From the NCBI RefSeq assembly GCF_006345805.1, contig NC_042999.1, positions 620,001 to 684,000 on the forward strand: a stretch of 64,000 nucleotides of DNA, given 5' to 3'. This DNA comes from Octopus sinensis. Lineage: Eukaryota. Under the pieces are notes generated by a model. That model made no database searches and had not been told where the DNA came from. It worked only from the letters and a program-made list of their open reading frames with translations. Shown piece by piece: positions 38,233 through 48,929 of the stretch (within the stretch, counting starts at the first letter, position 1; each line of letters opens with the position of its first letter). The translations under genes were made by a program, and so were the position numbers.

Positions 38233-38704
38233 TGATGGTATACTTTTTGTCTCGAGAGACAATGGAGTTGCGCATAAAATAATCTAGTCCAGCTTTTACA
38301 TTTCATGTCCTAATACATCTCCTGCTGTGGCTGTGTTGCAAATGTAGCGAAGTCTTTGCCTGGCTGGTTGTAATGTCATAGTTTCTTGTTGACGTCTTTT
38401 CTTGTCTTCCATTTCTCCTCTCTGTCACTCCACGGTTGATGGCAACTGCTTCCCAGTTGCTAATATTGATGTCGCAGGCCTTCATGTCCCTATTGCAAAC
38501 ATCCTTGTATCGTAAGAACGGTCTTCCCACAGACTTAGTGCCCTTAGCAAGCTCTCCGTAGAGTATGTCCTTGGGGATTCTGCCATCTTCCATACGGCTA
38601 ACATGTCCAAGCCATCTCATACGTCTTTGTGTGAGGAGTGCAAACATGCTTGGTATTCTTGCTTGCTTGTGGACATCTTTGTTGGGGACATGATTCTGCC
38701 ATTT
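38233..38704 (-). mobile_element. 5'-truncated RTE (BovB-like) LINE flanked by 92-95-bp direct repeats
   Basis: WQNHVPN..QRRMRWLGHVSRMEDGRIPKDILYGEL..GRPFLRYKDVC..WE and 3' UTR CCATTGTCTCTCGAGAC; repeats at 38138-38232 and 38705-38796. Confidence 0.85.
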
Positions 38705-38989
38705 GATGTACATTAGAATTCTTCCATAATGGACATGCCTGTTCCTTGAGTAAGTATAAATACTTAGTTTAGTACTGATACTAAGTAAAATGTAGTAAAA
38801 TGTGGTTAAAAACTAGGTAAAATGTAGTTTAATACTGATACTACGTATAATGTAATATAATTTGAAAGGTTGCCCTACGTCCGTTTCGACCCATGGAAGA
38901 CTGGGAGGGCGAGTAAGGCTCAAGAGATCATAGTGCAGAATTTCAAATAATGTGTTCGTGTGTGCCAGTGTGTGTAAGTGTATGTGTGT

Positions 38990-39215
<226 letters not shown>

Positions 39216-40117
39216 ACCTCTCAGGTCAATCTCTCATCAACTTCTTCAAGTATCACTTGAAAAGGAAAGTGAGTGTGGAGAGGCAAGATTTGTCTAGCGA
39301 ATGTTTCAAAAAGAGATGGGTGAATGTAGCAAGGATGGCACGTATGAATGACGAAGGCCACCTTGAGCATAATCCTATGAACCTGGGAAAAATTTTAAAC
39401 AGAGGGTTACTTACTTGCAAACAAATGTGTTAACATGTGACATTATTGACCGAGGTTACCGTGGTCTTTTCCGTAGGCTTTTCTTTCCACGGATAAATCT
39501 TATCTGCTTTCCCCTCTACACTTTACATCATGACATTTCTGTGATACACGATCCCTATTGATCGTTTTTTCTTTTTCTCCTTTCCCTTTTACGATCCCTT
39601 TTGATCAAAAACCTACCCCACTTTTTTCTCCCCAAAAAGAAGAGCTCTACCTTGTAATCTGTCCCGTCTGTGTGCAGCCCTGTGAGGCTAATAAAGAAAC
39701 CTATCTATCTATCTATTTATATATCTATTTCTGTCTATCTAGCTATGTGGGTGTGACATGCGTGGGGAAAATTATTCCATATAAGTCAACAATATATCAG
39801 CTTGAAATGGACTAATATGACTGGGATACATCTGCTACCACTAGTACCTCCATTACCACAAGTAGAAGTAGTAGAAGTAATTTTTGTTGATGTTACTGAT
39901 GTTGTAGTAGTACAGTAACAACAACAGCATTAATTATTATTTCTATAATTGCTTTAGCAGCTGCAGTGATTAATATTAAAGTCATTATCCCTAATTAAAA
40001 ATTAAATCTTGTCTACCAATACACCAACACCAACAACAATGATAACAGAATTCGACGCTGAACTTATCAACAGAAATAGTAAAAAAACAAAAAACAATAG
40101 CAATAACAATCAACAGA

Positions 40118-40289
40118 CGCGGGCGTGGCTGTGGGTTCAGAAGCTTGCTTCCCAACTACATGATACTTGGTTCAATCCCACTGCGTGGCACCTCGGGGTA
40201 AATGTCTCCTACTTTAGCCTCGGAATGACCAAAACCTTGTGAGTGGATTTAGTGGACGGAAACTGAGAAAGAAGTCCATCGTGTGTATA

Positions 40290-40290
<1 letters not shown>
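40118..40290 (+). mobile_element. SINE family A, 5' half
   Basis: Diverged head ending in (TA)n. Confidence 0.7.
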
Positions 40291-40368
<78 letters not shown>

Positions 40369-40927
40369 CTGTGAAAATAATATGGGTAGAAAATTTAGTA
40401 AATATTTTCATACCGATAGCTAGCATGGGTAATAAAGACAATAGACAACATATTTTTCATACATGATAGTGTAGAAGCAATTTACGTATTTATACACGAC
40501 ATAGGTGACCTTTGACATGACACCTTACATGCTAGAATCGGCAGTTAAAACCCAAACCATGAATAAGAGCAATTTCAAAAGGAATGAAAATAACAATTTT
40601 TTTGTAGTTACCCTCAGACTCGAGTTTCTGTATCAATGTGCAAAATAAAATAATTTGCCATCTGTACTTCTTCAGTGAGGTAGCTAAAATTAATCCATAT
40701 TTATGCAGCAAATAGCACCGAAAACACACGTGCTTATACATTATACGCACTTATATATTATAATTTTCAAGTCCACCACGCAAGCACAGTTACATTCGAC
40801 AGCAAATAGTAATAAAATTTAAAATTGCGAACCATAAAGGCTTTGAAACTATGAAAACTTTACTGTGAAAATAATAAGGTCTTATTTCGACAAGAAATGG
40901 AAACAGAATTAAAAGATGATAATGAAA

Positions 40928-40979
<52 letters not shown>

Positions 40980-41116
40980 GTACAACATCCCGCCCCCCAA
41001 ATATATGGCACACTAGGCATAACAACAACATGAACTTCCAACCCTGTTGTCTCTTGAGGTCTCTGGGTGAGACTTGGAGCCAACTTGTACAAATATAAAG
41101 CAAAAGTCAAACATAG
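40980..41116 (+). mobile_element. Short insert within (AAT)n, possibly the 3' UTR of an R4/Dong-like LINE
   Basis: Unique ~135 bp between (AAT)n blocks; GAGGTCTCTGGGTGAGACTTGG resembles R4-type 3' UTRs (recalled, unverified). Confidence 0.35.
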
Positions 41117-41132
41117 AATAATAATAATAATG

Positions 41133-41207
<75 letters not shown>

Positions 41208-41295
41208 TAATAATAATAATAATAATAATGAAGTCAATCTCAGAATTTTGAAATGGTCTCTGTAGGAACAAGTTATCCCACACCTTTTCCTAATA

Positions 41296-41441
41296 TTTTA
41301 TCAACTGATTCCACGAGGTCGACATTGGTTTTCGTCATTTTGGGGTCGATAAATTAATTACCAGTTGCGTAGTGGGGCCGATCTTATCGACCTGCCTCTC
41401 CCCCCAAATTTTGGGCCTTGTGCCAAAAGTAGAAAAGAATA
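41296..41441 (+). mobile_element. SINE-B variant with alternative tail, 5'-truncated
   Basis: GGGGTCGATAAATTAA central domain and CCCCCAAATTTTGGGCCTTGTGCC tail. Confidence 0.65.
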
Positions 41442-41555
41442 TGATACCAACGGAAACTGTCGGCTGTGGGGCTGTTGTCATTATTTTGAATAAAAACCAC
41501 AGAATAATGAATCAGAAACAACGACATTTATAGCAACAACAACAACAACATCGAC

Positions 41556-41707
41556 AGCATCGACGGATGGATGAATGCGCATCCAGGTTCAGCGGTTGCG
41601 TAGGAAGTCGGGGAGGAGAAACAGGAAGAAAGAGTGAGAGAAAGTTGAAGCGAAAGAGTACAACAGGGGTCGCCACCCTACCCCCCTGCTGCAGCTTCGT
41701 GGAGCTT
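41556..41707 (-). mobile_element. Inverted partial copy of the adjacent SINE-C variant
   Basis: Reverse complement of 41861-42012. Confidence 0.75.
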
Positions 41708-41752
41708 ATAAGCACAGTAACATTGTTCGCAATGGCAGAAGCAGCAGCAGCA

Positions 41753-42120
41753 GTGGAGGCGCAATGGCCCAGTGGTTAGGGCAGTGGACTCGCGGTCAGA
41801 GGATTGCGGTTTCGATTCCCAGACCGGGCGATGTGTGTATTTATTGAGCGAAAACACCTAAAGCTCCACGAAGCTCCAGCAGGGGGGTGGGGTGGCGACC
41901 CATGTTGTACTCTTTCGCTTCAACTTTCTCTCACTCTTTCTTCCTGTTTCTTATCCCCGACTTCCTACGCAACCACTGAGCCTGGATGCGCATTCATCCA
42001 TCCGTCGATGCTCTCGGTGTCGGGGGTTGACCTGCTTTCTCTTCTGCGGGGCTTACGAATAGCAAAGGACTACGTTTCGGACTTCTCCCATCTTGCGAGC
42101 TCTAGGACGAAGACCGTTCG
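41753..42120 (+). mobile_element. SINE family C head with a third tail type
   Basis: GGAGGCGCAATGGCCCAGTGG / GGTTTCGATTCCC head; the tail differs from the other C copies. Confidence 0.75.
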
Positions 42121-42244
42121 CTCAACAGCAACATCAACAGCAGCAACAACAGCAGCAACAGCAGTGACAAGAACAACAACAAATACATCAACAACATCAT
42201 CATCATATGCAATAACTACAACAAAAGTAAATGGATGAATAATC

Positions 42245-42644
42245 TTTTCTACCCTAGGCACAAAGACTGAAATTTAGGGGGAGGGGACCAGTCGATTAGA
42301 TCGACCCCAGTACACAACTGGTACTTAATTTATCGACCCGAAAGGATGAAAAGCAAAGTCGATTTCGGCGGAATTCGAACTCAGAACGTAAGCACAGACG
42401 AAATACCTATTTCTATTTTTTACTACCCACAAGGGGCTAAACATAGAGGGGACAAACAAGGACAGACAAACGGATTAAGTTGATTACATCGACCCCAGTG
42501 CGTAACTGTTACTTGTTTAATTCACCCCGAAAGGATAAAAGGCAAAGTCGACCTCGGCGGAATTTGAACTCAGAACGCAGTGGCAGACAAAATACCGCTA
42601 AGCATTTCGCCCGGCGTGCTAACGAATCTACCAGCTCTCCGCCC
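42245..42644 (-). mobile_element. SINE family B dimer (second unit has the alternative tail)
   Basis: Junction AGAAATAG|GTATTTCGTC at about 42405. Confidence 0.8.
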
Positions 42645-43185
42645 AGTACATGGACGAATAATGACCATATCAGTAAACTAGCGAAAATCCCAAAGTAATC
42701 TTGAAAATTCAGGCGTCCCCAGGATGAAATTTAAATGACACTTCATTGAAATCTATAAACTTTCAACTTCATTGAACTCTATAAACACTCTCCTATCTTC
42801 TCTTCATATTCCTTCGCGACAACACTTTCCTTTTGTTAACATTGTTCTCTCTATACCGCTTCCTCATTCCATTATCTCTGAGACTATCTCCGTCCCATTT
42901 TCTCCCTTTACTTTTCATAGTCTTTTTCTCAACGCACTCTCTGTTTTGCTTCCATCGTTCTCTCTACACCGTTTCTTCCAACGCCCACCCTATCATTTTC
43001 TCCATCGTTCTTTTATTCGTTCTCTGCAAACACACTCCTGTTTATTAACAACGTTCTTTCTGTATTGCCTTCTTTCTCTCTAATCACTAAAAGCTGTCTC
43101 TCTTTCCCATTTTCATCTTCGCTTTCTGCCTCCCCCTTTCTCGTCTCTCTCATTTTCTCTTCATTCATTACACATATTTAGCTAT

Positions 43186-43560
43186 GTGGAGGCGCAATGG
43201 CCTACTGGTTAGTGCAGCGGACAAGTGATCATTGGATTGCGGTTTCGATTCCCAGACCGGGCTTTGTGACTGCTTATTAAGCGAAAACACTTAAAGCTCC
43301 ACGATGCTCCAGCAGGGGTGGTGGTGAACCCTGCCGTACTCCTTTACCACAATTTTCTCTCACTCTTTCTTCCTCTTTGTGTTGTAGCTGTGTTTCAAAG
43401 ATCCAGTCTTGCAACACTCCGTATCACACTGAATCTCCTCGAGAACTACGTTAAGGGTACACGTATCTGTGGAGTGCTCTGCCACTTACACGTTAATTTC
43501 ACGAGCAGGCTGTTCCGTTGATCGGGTCAACTGGAACCCTCGTCGGAACTGACGGTGTAC
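43186..43560 (+). mobile_element. SINE family C, full length
   Basis: Head, body and tail match the copy at 57033-57416. Confidence 0.85.
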
Positions 43561-43790
43561 CACAATATTTAGCTGTATGTCTTACGTCCTTTTTCATAAT
43601 GATTAATTAGGTTCATGTTTGGTTCATGTTGTACTAATTAAATTTTGTCTTTTACTGTCAGTCTCTCTCTTTCCCATACACAGCGATTTCTACCAACCTA
43701 GGTAGCAAGCTAGAAACCCACGTAACGTCCTACCTACCTAATAGCCTACATATGTATGTATATATGCATGTATATATGTATTTATGTATG

Positions 43791-43824
<34 letters not shown>

Positions 43825-43839
43825 TCTCTCTCTCTGTCA

Positions 43840-43879
<40 letters not shown>

Positions 43880-44149
43880 GTAACTATGTATGTATATTTT
43901 CTATGTATCAATGAAACTATCCAGCCATCCAGCCATCCAGCTATCTATCTATCTGTCTAACTATCTGTCTATCTCTCTGTCTATCTATCTATGAATCTAT
44001 GATACTTTCTTTTCTTCTATGAATCTTTAAAACTCTATATCTATCCATCTTATCTATACGTCTGCTTATCAATCAATCAACCACTCAATCTAACCATCTA
44101 TGTATCTGTCTAACCCCATATTTATCAATCTCTCTATTCCTTCATCAAA

Positions 44150-44197
44150 ATATCTACATCTCTCTCTCTCTCCCTCTATCTACCTCTCTCTCTCTCT

Positions 44198-44257
<60 letters not shown>

Positions 44258-44272
44258 TTATTTATTATCAAA

Positions 44273-44333
<61 letters not shown>

Positions 44334-44400
44334 AATCTATCTATCTATCTATCTAACTATCTATCTATCTTTCTATCTATCTATCCATCTATCTATCTTA
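44150..44400. repeat. (TC)n/(TCTA)n microsatellite
   Basis: Directly visible. Confidence 0.9.
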
Positions 44401-44999
44401 CTCATTCACTTGTCCCTCTATCTCTCTTCCTTAGTGTCATCCTGTCTTTCTCCTGAACACACTTCTTTCCCATCACCCATTGCCCCCATACCATCACCTT
44501 CTTTTTCCCTCTTCCCATCATCCGACTCATTCATCGTCTTTCCAAAATTATATCCTGTTCATTTGACAGCTATACATCTCCCTTATTCCCAGGCAGTACA
44601 TCATAGAAACAACAATAAAAGTAAAGATCATCGTGATCGTCATCATCATCATCATCATCATCAACAACAACAACAACAGCAGAAGTAGCAGCAGTAGCAG
44701 CAGTCCAGTATCCTTCTTAATAAGGCGGAATCTCAACGTGGTTGATCGCTCTGCTAGAAAGAGCAGCGGAATCTTCCTCGAATTATATATATCCTTCCAT
44801 CTCAGACGTTACGATCGCAACTGAAGTGCTTTTCATCATATATGCTTTCTATAAGGGATGACTTCATACTAAACAACAATAATGATATCAAATATATAAA
44901 CCAGTGGTTCCAAACCTGGGGTACGCGGACCCCTGGTCGTCCGTAAAGGCAGTACTGGGGGTGCGTGAACTAAATTCAAAATTTCATATATATATATAT

Positions 45000-45200
45000 C
45001 AGTCGCCATGATAGATCGTTAGCCACTACACACATTTTTTTCTCTCATTGTTGTTTCTTTGTCCCTTTCTGTAGAAGAGCGTAGGCTCGAAACGTAAAAG
45101 ACTTTTTCTAATCCTGAGCGTTATACTAATCCATCTGTTTATTTTGTACACCACCTGTCTTCGTCTTTTGGTTTTTAGTAAACTCTCCCTATATGTATAT
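45000..45200 (+). mobile_element. Repeat family F copy nested in the hAT element
   Basis: CTGTAGAAGAGCGTAGGCTCGAAACGTAAAAGAC at 45069-45103; (TA)n on both sides. Confidence 0.6.
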
Positions 45201-45219
45201 AGACACACATATATATTTT

Positions 45220-45590
45220 TTCTTTTATTTGTTTGTCATTTGACTGTGGCCATGCTGGAGCACCGCCTTTAGTCGAGCAAATCGATCCCAGAACTTATTC
45301 TATCAGTCTCTTTTGCCGGACAACTAAGTTAGGGGGTGTAAACACACCAGCATCGGTTGTAAAGCGATGTTGGGGGGACAAACGCAGACACAAACATACA
45401 CACATACATTTATATATATATACATACATATATACGACGGACTTCTTTCAGTTTACGTCTACCAAATCTAGTCAGAAAGCTTTGGTCGGCCCAAGGCTAT
45501 AGTAGAAGACACTTGCTCAAAGTGCCACGCAGTGTGACTGAACCCTGAACCATGTGGTTCGTAAGCAAGCTACTTAACACACAGCCAGTG
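45220..45590 (-). mobile_element. SINE family A nested in the hAT element
   Basis: Near full-length copy. Confidence 0.85.
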
Positions 45591-46190
45591 AGATTGATTG
45601 AATAGTGTTGTACATAGGATAAAAGTGTGGGAGTTTGGCGGGGCATGTTTATTTTCAAACAACACTTCTTTTAGTGCTGTTGACACCGGTGGATTGAATA
45701 GTACTGTCCGGGTGTCGAAACCATGATGATATCCGTGGGGCAGCTGATGACGGACGCATGTTGGTTTGTTGTTATGTTTGTTTTTGTATATGTGGAATAG
45801 TGTTATAGCACATCATTTTGACAGATATATATATATATATATAAAGGTAGCATATTAAAAGGGGTTCGTGGGAAAACTCATTTAAATAAAAAGCCTGGGA
45901 ACCACTGGTGGGAGCCACTGTGTAAAAGTTGGGGAACCACTGATATAAACTCTGGTTTAACTTTATGTGCAATAAATGGCTTATTCGTTTTCAAAACATC
46001 AAATATGTTAATTATTTTTTTTAATATGCAATTCTTAATAATATTTGATTCTGAAAATATACTAGAATTTGTTTTAAACATCGAATGGCTGAGGGCCCAT
46101 TCAAGTTAAATGGGAACGAAAGGGGTCAACAGTTAAGGAGTGGTTACAAAACACTAATAAAAAAGGTAAAGATATTTTCTCGTGTGATAC

Positions 46191-46422
46191 CTATTTCTTT
46201 ATTACCCACAAGGGGCTAAACATAGAGGGGACAAACATGGACAGACATAGGTATTAAGTCGATTATATCGACCCCAGTGCTTAACTGGTACTTAATTTAT
46301 CGACCCCGAAAGGATGAAAGGCAAAGTCGACCTCGGCGGAATTTGAACTCACAACGTAACGGCAGCCGAAATACCGCAAAGCATTTCGCCCGACGTGCTA
46401 ACGATTCTGCCAGCTTGCCGCC
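46191..46422 (-). mobile_element. SINE family B, full-length monomer (232 bp) with 15-bp TSD
   Basis: TTTCTCGTGTGATAC at 46176-46190 and 46423-46437. Confidence 0.9.
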
Positions 46423-46638
46423 TTTCTCGTGTGATACGGACACATAGGGGCCGGTTTCCTGGTTTTCGTGGCATAGAGATTCCCCATCTGGACAGAACAC
46501 CGATCCGTCGCCGGATTACTCATTATTTCCAGCTGAAACGAAGTGTTTTGCTCAAGAACAGAACGTTGCGCTCGGTCCAGGAATGGAAACCACAGTCTTA
46601 CGATCATGAGTCCAGCAGCCTACCCACTAAGCCTCCAC
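46423..46638 (-). mobile_element. SINE family D with D tail (target of the SINE-B insertion)
   Basis: GGACTCATGATCGTAAG head as at 10170, TTCTTGAGCAAAACACTT, and GGAAACCGGCCCCTATG tail. Confidence 0.7.
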
Positions 46639-46879
46639 TGAAAACCACTCGTTTGAGCGTCCGGGCGACCTGCTAGATATGATAGTCAAATCGTTTTGAA
46701 CTCTCACTCTACCTCTTAAAATAGAGAAGGAATGATTGCATGACGGAGTCCGTGAAAGACGCTATGATTATTTCCAGAATTATTTGGATTTCAAATTTAC
46801 GCAATGAATGCAAGTTTAGGGATAAACTACGAAAGCATATGACGTAATAGATATTAGTAACACTTTATTTTTTCTTTTA

Positions 46880-47099
46880 TTTTTATTTGTTTCAGTCATT
46901 TGACTGCGGCCATGCTGGATCACCGCCTTTAGTCGAGCAAATCGACCCCAGGACTTATTCTTTGTACGCTTAGCACATATTCTATCGGTCTCTTTTCCCG
47001 AACCACTAAGTTACAGGGACGTAAACACGTCAGCATCGGTGGTCAAGCGATGTTGGGGGGTGGGACAAACACATACACACAAACATACGCACACACACA

Positions 47100-47149
<50 letters not shown>

Positions 47150-47312
47150 CGACGAGCTTCTTTCGGTTTCCGTCTACCAAATCCACTCACAAGGCTTTGG
47201 TCGGTCCGAGGTCTATAGTAGAAGACACTTTCCCAAGGTAACACGTAGTGGAACTGAACCCAGAACCATGTGGTCCGTAAGCAAGCTACTTACCACACTG
47301 CCACTCCTACGT
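46880..47312 (-). mobile_element. SINE family A, full length
   Basis: Head, internal (TA)(TG) repeat and tail. Confidence 0.85.
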
Positions 47313-47469
47313 CTATGTTCAATATGTGTATCCAGCAAAATAAATTAAAAAACTGAAATCTAATCCTCAACCAGAAATTGATGAATAAATTCAAAACATT
47401 TTTTTGATGAAATAATACGTCGTCTACTACAGGTGCTCAAGACCATTTTAGGCGTTCAGTATATTCTAG

Positions 47470-47760
47470 GTGTTGCTTTCAGAGATATATTACTAGCAAC
47501 CCTCAATTACGTCCCCGATTTCATTACGGGGATACAGGCATTAACCGATATTGAAATATAAGATCAAAAGCTTGAAGAAAACAAAGGCAAATTACAAGAA
47601 CTAATCAATGACATTCTTGCAAGGTTTATGGACTTGCAGAAACTGAAGTGCTGCTCCACTGGTTTTGTAATTTCATTCATGGTTGATGTAATCAAAGGCG
47701 CTTACCATTTCGCTAAACACTGTTCACAGAATCATATCCAATCGTAATGCAACAAATGAA
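47470..47760 (+). pseudogene. Possible hAT (Charlie/SPIN-like) transposase relic
   Basis: QKLEENKGKLQELINDILARFMDLQKLK..FMVDVI resembles the C-terminal part of such transposases; recalled similarity only. Confidence 0.4.
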
Positions 47761-48137
47761 CTTAAAGAAAGAGAATGGATTTAAAGTGAATCCACAGATC
47801 TTTGCCTGCAACTGAATTCTGAAGCAAATTCCTGAAATTCAATATCTTAAACTAGAAAAAGGGGGGAAAATCCTCAGTGACTCACTTCTGATTCATTACA
47901 GATTCATTACAGAAATTTTGGGGGTGATGTCTAGTTGATTACTTCATCCGGTGCGCTCAATTAGTACTTCTTTCAACGATCACGGAAGGTAAAAACTGAA
48001 CCTGCGCGGCATTTGAACTCAGAGCATTAAGACAGACGAAATACCGCTAAGCGTTTAGTCCGAGACACAAAGACACTGCCAGCTGGCCGCCTATGGATTT
48101 TGAACTTGGAATATGAAGAGTCGGAACAAATACTGCA

Positions 48138-48220
48138 TATGGCGTGCTGGTTAAGGGCGCAGGCTCGGGCTACTAACCCCAAGATTCCAGACAGTGAACT
48201 GAATAATAATGATAATAATA

Positions 48221-48270
<50 letters not shown>
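48138..48270 (+). mobile_element. Simple tRNA-like SINE family E with (AAT)n tail, internally deleted
   Basis: TGGCGTGCTGGTTAAG..GGGCTACTAACCCCAAGATTCC..GTGAACTG(AAT)n; matches 51616-51685. Confidence 0.65.
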
Positions 48271-48274
<4 letters not shown>

Positions 48275-48429
48275 TATTTCAAGCAGGGTGGTATCTTTTA
48301 TATACCCTTTTTTATAATTACATATATAATATATATATATATATATATATTTACATATATATATATTATATATATTATATATATATGTGTGTGTACATAT
48401 ATATATATTATATATATATATATATATTA

Positions 48430-48477
<48 letters not shown>

Positions 48478-48544
48478 TTGGAAAGGGATGCGTCACGTTC
48501 AATTAAAAGATGATAAATAATATATGTGTATGTATATATTTATG

Positions 48545-48760
48545 CATTTGTGTTCTGTGTTTGTCCCCGCTACCATCATTTGATAACCGGTGTTGGTGTG
48601 TTTACGTATCCGGAACTCAGCGGTGGTTCGGCAAATGATATCGATCGCATAAGTACTAGGCTTAGATGGAATAACTCCTGGGGTCGATTTGTTCGACTAA
48701 AAGACGGAGCTCCAGCATGAGCGCAGTCAAATGACCGAAACAAATAAAAGAACGAAAGAA
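48545..48760 (+). mobile_element. SINE family A, 3' half
   Basis: Body and tail motifs after a (TA)n block. Confidence 0.75.
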
Positions 48761-48848
48761 TAAACAAGATATTTCGAGTATTATAGAAGCACAACCAATC
48801 CATTGCATATAAATTTTAGCATTAAAATCTTCATCATCTTCTCTTCTT

Positions 48849-48879
<31 letters not shown>

Positions 48880-48882
48880 TTA

Positions 48883-48913
<31 letters not shown>

Positions 48914-48929
48914 TATTATTATTATTATT

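Larger units (their letters stand above)
44902..45942. mobile_element. hAT-type non-autonomous element with nested insertions; 8-bp TSD
   Basis: TIRs CAGTGGTTCC..AAC and GTT..GGAACCACTG; ATATAAAC at 44894-44901 and 45943-45950. Confidence 0.8.

Noticed and set aside
43186-43260. tRNA-like heads as genuine tRNA genes (also 10170 and 51616)
   Set aside because: Acceptor stems do not close and each runs into a SINE body or tail.
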